Source: an uncultured virus (IMG/VR IMGVR_UViG_3300030333_001670)
Lineage: Duplodnaviria; Heunggongvirae; Uroviricota; Caudoviricetes
Length of the DNA: 64,000 nt
IMG/VR virus record: IMGVR_UViG_3300030333_001670
Direction: 5' to 3' (one strand)
In this document: positions 41,073 to 48,713 of the stretch, one piece after another
Layout of the letters: every line of letters begins with the position of its first letter
How positions within the stretch are numbered: position 1 is the stretch's first letter
Translations under genes and position numbers: made by a program
The notes under the pieces: generated by a model
Databases searched by the model: none
Seen by the model: only the letters and a program-made list of their open reading frames with translations
Told to the model about the DNA's origin: nothing

Positions 41073-41256
41073 TGTCTGACGAGACATAGGGAGTGACTGA
41101 ATAAACTTACTGGCATATAGCTGGTTAAGGTGATGAGACACAGGTGGTGCTGCTGCGAAAGCAGAATCGACTTACCAGTCGGGTCTCAGGCAAGGACGTT
41201 TTTACTACTGTAGTAATGCCCGTTCTTTGTTGGTAACACAGCAATCCAACCTCCCA
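41073..41256 (+). ncRNA. Structured RNA, most likely the manA RNA motif of cyanophages
   Basis: Non-coding, about 185 nt. Helices: TGTCT/AGACA, GGGAG(41089)/CTCCC(41251) closing stem, TGAGAC/GTCTCA, CTGC-GAAA-GCAG (GNRA loop), CGACT/AGTCG, AAGGACG/CGTTCTT, TTACTA/TAGTAA, GTTGG/CCAAC. Family name is from recollection, not from a covariance search. Confidence 0.7.
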
Positions 41257-41268
41257 CTTTTTTTATGT

Positions 41269-41276
41269 TATAAATA
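41269..41276 (+). promoter_or_regulatory. Late promoter (TATAAATA)
   Basis: Perfect consensus 20 nt upstream of the synthetase-like ORF. Confidence 0.75.
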
Positions 41277-41296
41277 CATCAGTTTGACATAAAATA

Positions 41297-42094
41297 ATGA
41301 CAAGTTTGATTGACCCAAAGGAGTTTACGGATGTTGTGACCGAGTTACGGTCATTTTTTTTGTCCAAAAATTTTTATGAAGTCCACACACAAAACCGTTT
41401 GAGTATCCTTGCAGCATGTGAAGACCCTGAGACTGTAGCAAGTTATGAATATGGTGGTAATATTTGGCCACTACCTCAAACAGGTCAGATGTGGTTAGAG
41501 CACGAATTACTTTCCAACCCTTCAGCAGAAGGGTTTTTCTGTGTCTCTACTTCATATCGTGCAGAGCCTAATCCTGTACCAGGTAGACATGAGACTATCT
41601 TCCCTATGTTTGAGTTTGAAATGAAGGGAGGTGTCAAAGAACTTCAAGACATGGAGTGGGAACTATGTGAATGGTTAGGTCTACCATTAGATAAAGAAGA
41701 CATCATGACTTATGATGACTGGACTAACAAGTTTAATACTAAGGAGTTAGACCATGACCATGAGAAAAAGATTGGTCGAGGAATGATTACTGATTTCCCT
41801 GAGTGGACATCACCTTTCTGGAATATGTCTAGGAATGATGATGGTACCAGCAGAAAGATTGATGTTATTCTAGGTGGTATGGAAACTATCGGTAGTGCTG
41901 AAAGAAGTACTGATAAAGAACAGATGCGTAATACCTTCTACACCATATCAAATGGAGAGTATGCTCAACTTATTATCGATAAATTCGGTAGAAGTAGAGT
42001 AGAAAAAGAACTAGAAGACTTCTTATCATTCGATTTCTTCCCTAGAAGTGGTGGAGGAATAGGAGTCACTCGTTTGATTTCAGCCCTTAAATAA
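41297..42094 (+). CDS. Class IIb (Asn/Asp/Lys-type) aminoacyl-tRNA-synthetase catalytic-core homologue lacking the anticodon-binding domain
   Basis: Motif 1 'LRSFFLSKNFYEVHT', 'LPQTGQMWLE', motif 2 'SYRAEP....GRH...FPMFEFEM', 'DVILGGMETIGSAER', motif 3 'PRSGGGIGVTRLI'. Only 265 aa. Confidence 0.85.
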   Translation: MTSLIDPKEFTDVVTELRSFFLSKNFYEVHTQNRLSILAACEDPETVASYEYGGNIWPLPQTGQMWLEHELLSNPSAEGFFCVSTSYRAEPNPVPGRHETIFPMFEFEMKGGVKELQDMEWELCEWLGLPLDKEDIMTYDDWTNKFNTKELDHDHEKKIGRGMITDFPEWTSPFWNMSRNDDGTSRKIDVILGGMETIGSAERSTDKEQMRNTFYTISNGEYAQLIIDKFGRSRVEKELEDFLSFDFFPRSGGGIGVTRLISALK

Positions 42095-42103
42095 GGGCTA
42101 CCT

Positions 42104-42188
42104 TGTGAGGTGGCGAAACGGTAAACGCTGTAGTCTGTTTAACTACTGTTCCTGGCGGGACTTGAAGGTTCGACTCCTTCCCTCACAG
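42104..42188 (+). tRNA. tRNA-Asn(GTT) with an atypical long variable arm; CCA not encoded
   Basis: Acceptor TGTGAGG/CCTCACA plus discriminator G. D arm GCG/CGC with GG. Anticodon stem GTAGT/ACTAC with loop CT-GTT-TA. Variable arm GTTCC-TGGC-GGGAC. T arm GAAGG-TTCGACT-CCTTC. Confidence 0.9.
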
Positions 42189-42223
42189 TAAAATAGTATA
42201 TATAATATACTTACCAGATTGTA

Positions 42224-42778
42224 ATGAATAAATGGATTGGCATTAGTCTTGGTGGTTTGATTGGGATATCTCACATTGGTATGATCGGACTGCTTGCCAC
42301 TCGTCAAAGACTACCACAATTAAATTTGCCTGTAGGTGCATACACTGCTTACACCGTAGAAGCAAACAAGGATGGTTACAAAGTAGACTATCGTGCTAAC
42401 GCTCCATTAGTCATGGGGGTTAAAGAACACATTAAAAAGAAAGCTGGGTTTCTGGGACTGGGTAACAACACTCTTGTCAGGGAAAGGCAGTTTACAGCAG
42501 AAGGAAGTTATCACACAGGTGTTGCAGGAGGTGACACCACAGAATCAAAAAAGTCTATCGCGTGCATCAAGGCAATCGGTGGAGGTGAACAAACAGGTAG
42601 AATGGTCGGTGCAAGCGTCGGTGCTTCTGTTGCTAATTCTGGTGTTGCCTCTATTCCTTATGTTGGTTGGGTACTTGCTGGTGCTGCTACGATGATAGGT
42701 ATGGATGCAGGATCTGATATTGGTGGTAACATGGTAGAAGACCTTAACCCTAACTGTGAGATAGAAGATGCAATTTAA
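42224..42778 (+). CDS. Hypothetical membrane protein with glycine-zipper-like C-terminus
   Basis: N-terminal hydrophobic helix; 'VGASVGASVA...IPYVGWVLAGAATMIG...GSDIGG'. Confidence 0.75.
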   Translation: MNKWIGISLGGLIGISHIGMIGLLATRQRLPQLNLPVGAYTAYTVEANKDGYKVDYRANAPLVMGVKEHIKKKAGFLGLGNNTLVRERQFTAEGSYHTGVAGGDTTESKKSIACIKAIGGGEQTGRMVGASVGASVANSGVASIPYVGWVLAGAATMIGMDAGSDIGGNMVEDLNPNCEIEDAI

Positions 42779-42947
42779 CGAAAAGGATGTAGATCATTTG
42801 TTACGAGCTTGTGCATTTTACAAGTACAACTTTCCAAATGAGACTTATTATGATACACTAGAGCATAAGCTTCATAGTTATGAAGAGGAGTATGATTGTC
42901 CAGGTTGCTGGGATCCTACTGCCGAACATACTTGTAAAATCGCATGA
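42768..42947 (+). CDS. 59-aa hypothetical protein (not in ORF track)
   Basis: MQFNEKDVDHLLRACAFYKYNFP...YDCPGCWDPTAEHTCKIA; ATGA coupling to purM. Confidence 0.65.
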   Translation: MQFNEKDVDHLLRACAFYKYNFPNETYYDTLEHKLHSYEEEYDCPGCWDPTAEHTCKIA

Positions 42948-43864
42948 AATATACAGTTGATATCGATGCAGGTAATGCATTCGTTGAAAGACTAAAGGTC
43001 AAAGCACCTGCTATTGGTAATTTTGGTGGTGCATTTAAACTCCCTACAGGGTATGAGAAACCTATATTAGTTTCTGGTGCCGATGGTGTAGGGACTAAAA
43101 TTAATATCGCAAGAGTTGCTAATGATTACAGCACTATAGGAATTGATCTCGTTGCCATGTGTGTCAACGATGTAATTACTTGTGGTGCTAAACCTTTATA
43201 CTTCTTAGATTATATTTCTACCAAGAAGGTAGATGATAAGGTAGAAGAGATAATGACTGGTATCATAACGGGATGTGAGATAGCAGGTGTAGAATTAATA
43301 GGTGGAGAAACAGCAGAGCATTATAGGCAAAGTGAGTATGACCTTGCAGGATTCTGTACTGGTATCGTAGAAGAGAATGAAATTATAGATGGTAGATTAA
43401 TTAAAGAAGGTGATGTTGCTATTGGTATAGAGAGTAGTGGAATTCATTGCAATGGTTATACTCTCATCAATGATGCTCTATGGAGACATAACATATTTTG
43501 GAAAGATACTCCTGAGTTAATTACTCCCACTACAATCTACACATCTCTAGTATCTGAGTTGTTAGATGAGGTACCTGTATTAGGGATGGCACATATTACT
43601 GGTGGTGGATTGGTTGAGAATTTACCAAGGTGTTTACCTAAAGGATTGAAGGTTGAAGTTAACTATAACAACTGGAGAATACCTGAAATTTTCCAGAAAA
43701 TTATGCTTAATTGTGAGGTACCTGAAGAAGATATGAAGAGGACTTTCAATATGGGTATAGGATATGTTATAATAGTACCACCTGAAGCAGCAGACGATGC
43801 TGCATATATAATTACAAAACAGGGTTACAAAAATTACACATTGGGTAATGTCACAGCAAATTAA
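42944..43864 (+). CDS. purM: Phosphoribosylformylglycinamidine cyclo-ligase (AIR synthetase)
   Basis: 'DGVGTK', 'IGIDLVAMCVND', 'PLYFLDY', 'LIGGETAE', 'AHITGGGL.ENLPR', 'TFNMGIG'. Confidence 0.96.
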   Translation: MKYTVDIDAGNAFVERLKVKAPAIGNFGGAFKLPTGYEKPILVSGADGVGTKINIARVANDYSTIGIDLVAMCVNDVITCGAKPLYFLDYISTKKVDDKVEEIMTGIITGCEIAGVELIGGETAEHYRQSEYDLAGFCTGIVEENEIIDGRLIKEGDVAIGIESSGIHCNGYTLINDALWRHNIFWKDTPELITPTTIYTSLVSELLDEVPVLGMAHITGGGLVENLPRCLPKGLKVEVNYNNWRIPEIFQKIMLNCEVPEEDMKRTFNMGIGYVIIVPPEAADDAAYIITKQGYKNYTLGNVTAN

Positions 43865-44060
43865 AGCAACGTTTAAAATATATCAAGACGGCAGAGTCGA
43901 AGAAAAAGTCGAGGGTGCTGTCGGTGACACTTGTGAGTCTATAACAAGGAACTTAGAAAAGAAACTAGGTGATTTGGAAAGACGTATCTACTCATCCGAC
44001 TACTATAAACAGAAAAATGTCACACTTCAGCACGATCAAAACCAAGTTAAAGAATCGTAA
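43848..44060 (+). CDS. DUF2997-like small protein
   Basis: 'F.IYQDGRVEEKVEGAVG..C...T..LE..LG........SDYY', adjacent to a ycf35-like gene. Confidence 0.75.
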   Translation: MSQQIKATFKIYQDGRVEEKVEGAVGDTCESITRNLEKKLGDLERRIYSSDYYKQKNVTLQHDQNQVKES

Positions 44061-44400
44061 AGCATTACTACACACCCTAATGTTAATGGGGTATGGAGTT
44101 GATGTAGATCAAAAATTAGAAAATCCTTCTAACCATGTACATGAAGAAGTAGATGTGCAAATATCTATTGGGAAGGATATAGGATTCAGATGGAATGAAG
44201 CATCTGAGGCTTATGAATTAGTAACCGATTTACAGACATGGGATGAACCCATACCTGTAGAAAGATTCTTAGATAAGGTAGCACAAAACTATGCCTGTGA
44301 GTGTATTCATCATTCTGCACAGGAAGAAGGATTTGAGATAGTTGACCAAAAAGTTAACGCAGACCAATCTGTAGAGATGGTTTTATCAAAGTGGATATAA
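44017..44400 (+). CDS. ycf35: Ycf35/DUF1257-like protein
   Basis: Start corrected to 'MSHFSTIKTKLK'; 'DIGFRWN....YELVTDLQTW', 'FLDKVAQNYA', 'EEGF'. Confidence 0.8.
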   Translation: MSHFSTIKTKLKNRKALLHTLMLMGYGVDVDQKLENPSNHVHEEVDVQISIGKDIGFRWNEASEAYELVTDLQTWDEPIPVERFLDKVAQNYACECIHHSAQEEGFEIVDQKVNADQSVEMVLSKWI

Positions 44401-44403
44401 ATA
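44396..44403 (+). promoter_or_regulatory. Late promoter (TATAAATA)
   Basis: Perfect consensus overlapping the ycf35 stop codon. Confidence 0.65.
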
Positions 44404-44428
44404 CCTCAATACTATTGCAGGGTTCCCT

Positions 44429-44614
44429 ATGGATTGGGATCTCGAACTACGTAACCAAGAACTAGAAAGTATGATTATTGTTTACCAAGAACATATAGAC
44501 CAGTTGGAGGAAGAAAATAAAGAACTTAAAGAAAAGGTTGAATTCCTCTCGATGATGCTTGAATATGAATCGATGGGACCACCTCTCGATGCAGACATAA
44601 ATAATACCACATGA
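44429..44614 (+). CDS. Small acidic coiled-coil protein
   Basis: Heptad pattern; follows a late promoter. Confidence 0.65.
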   Translation: MDWDLELRNQELESMIIVYQEHIDQLEEENKELKEKVEFLSMMLEYESMGPPLDADINNTT

Positions 44615-44623
44615 TGATATATT

Positions 44624-45229
44624 ATGACAATCACCAACATTGAGTATAACCAATTTATTGGTATATACGATACTGAATATGACACTGATGATCTTATAGA
44701 ATATTGGAGATATCAAGATAAGTGTGGTGCTACTTTTAAACGAGTTGGCACATGGGGTGCTAGTGGTAAGAAGGCTCAAGGGGTACATGCCCGTAAAGAT
44801 TCTTGCTTAGCTACTTCAGACTTTATGATGGATCATGCATGTGGTTATGTTTACATGCAATTCTATAACAACGTTATCGGTGAATGTCTTGAGGAATATG
44901 CCAAAGAGTATGAACACCTCAGACATTATAGTTACCAACAGGCATATCTAAATGTGCAAAGGACTCTTCCAAGAGAAGGATACCATGCATGGCATACTGA
45001 AAACGGTAACCTAGCATCTAACAGAAGAATCATGGCAACCATGATGTATCTAAACGATGTTGAAGAAGGTGGTGAAACTGAATTTCTATATCAATCTCTG
45101 AGGTTTAAACCTAAGAGAGGACAAGTGTTAATATGGCCAGCAGGGTTTACCCATGTCCATAGGGGTAACCCACCACTTAAAGGAGAGAAATTCATTGCTA
45201 CGTCGTGGCTAGAAAACATAAACATGTAA
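44624..45229 (+). CDS. 2OG-Fe(II) oxygenase (prolyl-4-hydroxylase-like)
   Basis: 'GYHAWHTE', 'MMYLNDVEEGGETEF', 'IWPAGFTHVHRGNPP..GEKFIATSW'. CATAAATA at 44596. Confidence 0.9.
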   Translation: MTITNIEYNQFIGIYDTEYDTDDLIEYWRYQDKCGATFKRVGTWGASGKKAQGVHARKDSCLATSDFMMDHACGYVYMQFYNNVIGECLEEYAKEYEHLRHYSYQQAYLNVQRTLPREGYHAWHTENGNLASNRRIMATMMYLNDVEEGGETEFLYQSLRFKPKRGQVLIWPAGFTHVHRGNPPLKGEKFIATSWLENINM

Positions 45230-45230
45230 C

Positions 45231-45779
45231 ATGGCAAACTGGTATCAGGATCAATTAACTAATAAAAACTTTCTTTCACCAATAGGATTTCTTTTCATAT
45301 TGGATAAAGCAAGAAAGACTTCTTTCTTGTGTCAGAGAGCAGCAATACCAGATATTAGTTTAGGTAATGTTGACATCCCAACTAGAGGTATGGTACCCAT
45401 TCCAATGGAAGGGAATATAGTTTATGGTGAATTCTCAATGGACTTCATTGTTGATGAGGATCTCAGAAACTATATGGAGATACATAACTGGATTAGAGCA
45501 TTAGGTGTGCCAGATAATGTCGGTGAAAGACAGGCATTTGTCAGAGCAAATCAGAAGACACCAACACAAGATCCTAAGTATTCTGATGGTACGCTACAGG
45601 TGTTAAATAATAATAACATTGCAAACTTTGATGTCGTCTTTAAAAATATGTTTCCTACATCATTGTCTACAGTTAACTTCGATGTAACTGGTGATGATAA
45701 TGATTTCTTGACTGCAACTGCAAACTTCAAGTATCTTCTATATGAGGTAAGGGATAAGAATAGATTGACACGAAGATAA
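45231..45779 (+). CDS. g3: Tail completion/sheath stabilizer gp3
   Basis: 'NFLSPIGF.F', 'F.VDEDLRNY.EIHNWI', 'F..MFPTSLS...F'. Confidence 0.9.
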   Translation: MANWYQDQLTNKNFLSPIGFLFILDKARKTSFLCQRAAIPDISLGNVDIPTRGMVPIPMEGNIVYGEFSMDFIVDEDLRNYMEIHNWIRALGVPDNVGERQAFVRANQKTPTQDPKYSDGTLQVLNNNNIANFDVVFKNMFPTSLSTVNFDVTGDDNDFLTATANFKYLLYEVRDKNRLTRR

Positions 45780-45794
45780 TCATGACTTTATATT

Positions 45795-46223
45795 ATGAAC
45801 ATAGAGAACATTCAGAAGATGTGGGAAGAAGATTCTCACATAGATTCCTCAAAACTTGAAGAAGAATCCACACGGGTTCCACAACTCCATCAGAGATACA
45901 TGGAGCATTTTAATACTTTCAGCTTAATGAAGAGAGAAAAAGAGCTGGAGTTAAATCAATTAAGAAAAGAGAAGTGGATATATTACAAGGGAAAAGCACC
46001 GTCGTCAGTGTATAAATTTCAACCATTTGATTTGAAGTTAACTACTTCAGATGAAATTAAAATGTTCATCAATGCAGATGATGACGTATGTAAATTAGAA
46101 TATAAGATTACTTACTTAACCACAATGCTTAATTACATTGAAAGTATTCTTAAGCAGATTAATAATAGAGGGTTTCAAATAAAGAATGCTATTGACTGGG
46201 AGAAATTCCAGGCAGGATTCTAA
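45795..46223 (+). CDS. uvsY: Recombination mediator UvsY
   Basis: 'W..DS.ID', 'P.LH..Y', 'YYKGKA', 'RGFQIKNAIDW.KF.AG'. Confidence 0.93.
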   Translation: MNIENIQKMWEEDSHIDSSKLEEESTRVPQLHQRYMEHFNTFSLMKREKELELNQLRKEKWIYYKGKAPSSVYKFQPFDLKLTTSDEIKMFINADDDVCKLEYKITYLTTMLNYIESILKQINNRGFQIKNAIDWEKFQAGF

Positions 46224-46771
46224 TGAATTATGGTTATACTCACAAGGTAGTCACTTTTAATGTGGACTCTATGTCCGTCATTAAAGGGTGTATTAATAAT
46301 CCTACCTTAGAATGGAAGGATGCTACTTTGTTTGATAAGACAAAGAATAAAAGAAAGAGTAGTGTCACATGGTTACAGGATCCTGTCTTGTACACCATGA
46401 TGATGAGGATGGTAGCACAGATAAACAAGACTGCTGGATGGAACTTTAAACTCACTGGAGTTGAACCATTACAGTATGGTCTATATCCTGAAGGTGGTTA
46501 CTATGGATGGCATGTAGATCAACATCCAAAACCTGTCAAGGGTATGGTTAGAAAGATAAGTATGTCACTCTTCTTAAACGAGGACTATGAAGGTGGCGAC
46601 TTTGATTTGGAGATATATAAACCAGGCACTGACCCAAGATATGAATCATTTAGATTGAATCGGGGGCAGGCCATTTTCTTTCCTGCTGATACTTGGCACC
46701 GAGTCCAACCAGTAACGAAAGGTTTACGTGAATCAATTGTGGCATGGTTTTATGGACCTCCTTATCAGTAA
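46223..46771 (+). CDS. 2OG-Fe(II) oxygenase (PiuC/YbiX-like)
   Basis: 'YGWHVD', 'RKISMSLFLNEDYEGGDF', 'FPADTWHRVQPVTKGLRESIVAWFYGP'. Confidence 0.9.
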   Translation: MNYGYTHKVVTFNVDSMSVIKGCINNPTLEWKDATLFDKTKNKRKSSVTWLQDPVLYTMMMRMVAQINKTAGWNFKLTGVEPLQYGLYPEGGYYGWHVDQHPKPVKGMVRKISMSLFLNEDYEGGDFDLEIYKPGTDPRYESFRLNRGQAIFFPADTWHRVQPVTKGLRESIVAWFYGPPYQ

Positions 46772-48218
46772 GAAAAACGAAGTCTATTTAAAGGTGAAAG
46801 CAGAACCTCATATCCATAAGGAGGCTGCAGAATTTTTCTCCTTTGAAGTAGAGTCTGCAAAATATATGCAGAGGACAAGGAGATATAAAGGGTGGGATGG
46901 AAAAGTCCACCTATACTCTCCAGCAACAGGTGAGATATACTGTGGACTAATTGATTATGTTACAGACTGGGCTGAGCAACGGGGTTACTCATACTCTCTG
47001 GAGCCATCTGAGACGTTTGGGAATCCAAAGGAGGAAAATCTCCTAATAACTCCTCAATCGGTAGTGGGGTTTGTAAAGGCTCTGGGGCTTCCTGTAAAGG
47101 TTCGCGACTACCAACTGAAAGCAATATACGAGTCCCTACGATACAACAGACGACTCCTATTGTCGCCAACTGCCAGCGGGAAATCCTTGATGATATATTC
47201 ATTGGTTCGTTTTCATGTAAATGTCAATAGAAGAGTTTTAATTGTAGTCCCTACTACCTCGTTGGTAGAGCAAATGTATAAAGACTTTACAGAATATGGA
47301 TGGATGACATCCAAACACTGCCACAAAATATACTCTGGGGAACAAAAAAACTCTGAAGCTGATTGCATAATTACCACTTGGCAATCTGTCTATAAGCAAC
47401 CTCGTACGTGGTTTGCTCAGTTTAATGTGGTCATCGGTGATGAGGCACACCTTTTCAAATCCAAATCTCTTACTACTCTTATGTCTAAGTTGCATGGTTG
47501 TAAGTATAGGATTGGATTCACTGGCACACTTGATGGTGCTAACGTCAATCAACTTGTACTTGAAGGTGTCTTTGGTAGATGCTCTCAAGTAACTAGGACA
47601 AAGCAGTTAATGAATCAAGGTTATCTTGCACAACTCAAAGTAAGTATTATTCTCTTGAAACATCAAGAGGCTATATTTGAAGGGTATCAAGATGAAATTG
47701 ATTATCTTATAGGACATGAGCAACGGAATAAATTTATCCGAAACCTCTCTTGTAGCCTAAAAGGTAACACTTTAATCCTCTATAACTATGTAGAGAAGCA
47801 CGGTCAACCTTTATATGAGTTGATAAATAGTTACACTGACATACCTGTGCATTTCATTCATGGGGGTGTTGATGTTGATATGAGGGAAGAAGTCCGAAGG
47901 TTAACTGAGGAAGCATCCCATTCAATCATCATTGCATCTTATGGTACATTCTCTACAGGTATTAATATTAGAAACCTACACAATGTAATTTTTGCATCAC
48001 CGTCTAAATCGAGAGTAAGAAATTTACAATCCATAGGACGGGTTCTTAGAAAAGGTGAAAACAAATCGCAAGCAACACTATACGATATAGCTGACGACAT
48101 TTCTACTGACAAAGGACATAATTATACGTTACGTCATTTGTATGAAAGATTCAAAATTTACAAGGAGGAAAATTTCCAATTTGAAATCAACGAGGTTCAT
48201 CTAAAATCAAATGATTAA
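46752..48218 (+). CDS. uvsW: UvsW SF2 helicase
   Basis: 'RDYQ', 'SPTASGKS', 'GDEAH', 'GFTGT', 'QSIGRVLR'. Start moved to 'MDLLISKKNEVY'. Confidence 0.96.
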   Translation: MDLLISKKNEVYLKVKAEPHIHKEAAEFFSFEVESAKYMQRTRRYKGWDGKVHLYSPATGEIYCGLIDYVTDWAEQRGYSYSLEPSETFGNPKEENLLITPQSVVGFVKALGLPVKVRDYQLKAIYESLRYNRRLLLSPTASGKSLMIYSLVRFHVNVNRRVLIVVPTTSLVEQMYKDFTEYGWMTSKHCHKIYSGEQKNSEADCIITTWQSVYKQPRTWFAQFNVVIGDEAHLFKSKSLTTLMSKLHGCKYRIGFTGTLDGANVNQLVLEGVFGRCSQVTRTKQLMNQGYLAQLKVSIILLKHQEAIFEGYQDEIDYLIGHEQRNKFIRNLSCSLKGNTLILYNYVEKHGQPLYELINSYTDIPVHFIHGGVDVDMREEVRRLTEEASHSIIIASYGTFSTGINIRNLHNVIFASPSKSRVRNLQSIGRVLRKGENKSQATLYDIADDISTDKGHNYTLRHLYERFKIYKEENFQFEINEVHLKSND

Positions 48219-48666
48219 CTACGCCAAACATGATGAAGACTTCTATGGAATCTTTAAGCTGACTAACGGCGATGAGATTATAGGGAAGGCAGTGCTTCAT
48301 AATGAAGAAGGTGAGTCAATCTGTTTCATACAGGATCCATTAAGTGTTGAAGTTTTTACAAGACATGTAGAAGAGGGGAAGGTGGCAAAAGGAATCGGAC
48401 TCGCCCCCTGGATGCAAATGTCTGATGAAGAGTTTATAATTGTAAGAGAAAAAGATATTGTAGCGTTAGCAACTATGTCCAAACAACATGTGATGTTATA
48501 CGAAGCATTCTTATCACAAGAGTTTGGATCGCGCCGCCCGAATAAAAGAATTAAACTTGAAAAAGAAATGGGTTATCTTGGTAAGATAGAAGACGCAAGA
48601 AATCTATTTAAAAAACTATATAACCTCCCTTCCAACCCTGACAGTGTTGAGTCTAACGGAGATTGA
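48211..48666 (+). CDS. Conserved hypothetical protein (Sm-like fold possible)
   Basis: 'IFKLTNGDEIIG', 'PWM..SDEEF'; usual position between uvsW and g55. Confidence 0.75.
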   Translation: MINYAKHDEDFYGIFKLTNGDEIIGKAVLHNEEGESICFIQDPLSVEVFTRHVEEGKVAKGIGLAPWMQMSDEEFIIVREKDIVALATMSKQHVMLYEAFLSQEFGSRRPNKRIKLEKEMGYLGKIEDARNLFKKLYNLPSNPDSVESNGD

Positions 48667-48691
48667 CAATCTTGTCAACCCCTGTTACAAT
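48663..48691 (+). promoter_or_regulatory. Sigma70-type promoter for g55
   Basis: TTGACA (48663-68), 17 nt, TACAAT (48686-91) with extended-10 TG. The -35 box is one arm of the palindrome TTGACA-ATCT-TGTCAA. Confidence 0.8.
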
Positions 48692-48713
48692 AGAGGAGCA
48701 ATAGAAATTTCAT

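Noticed and set aside
42130..42146. Reading the tRNA as an ochre suppressor (TTA) or Lys (TTT)
   Set aside because: The 5-bp stem GTAGT/ACTAC fixes a 7-nt loop CTGTTTA with C32-U33, which places GTT at positions 34-36.
45765..45794. TTGACA...TATATT promoter for uvsY
   Set aside because: The spacer is 18 nt and the -10 abuts the ATG, so the start site would fall inside the gene.
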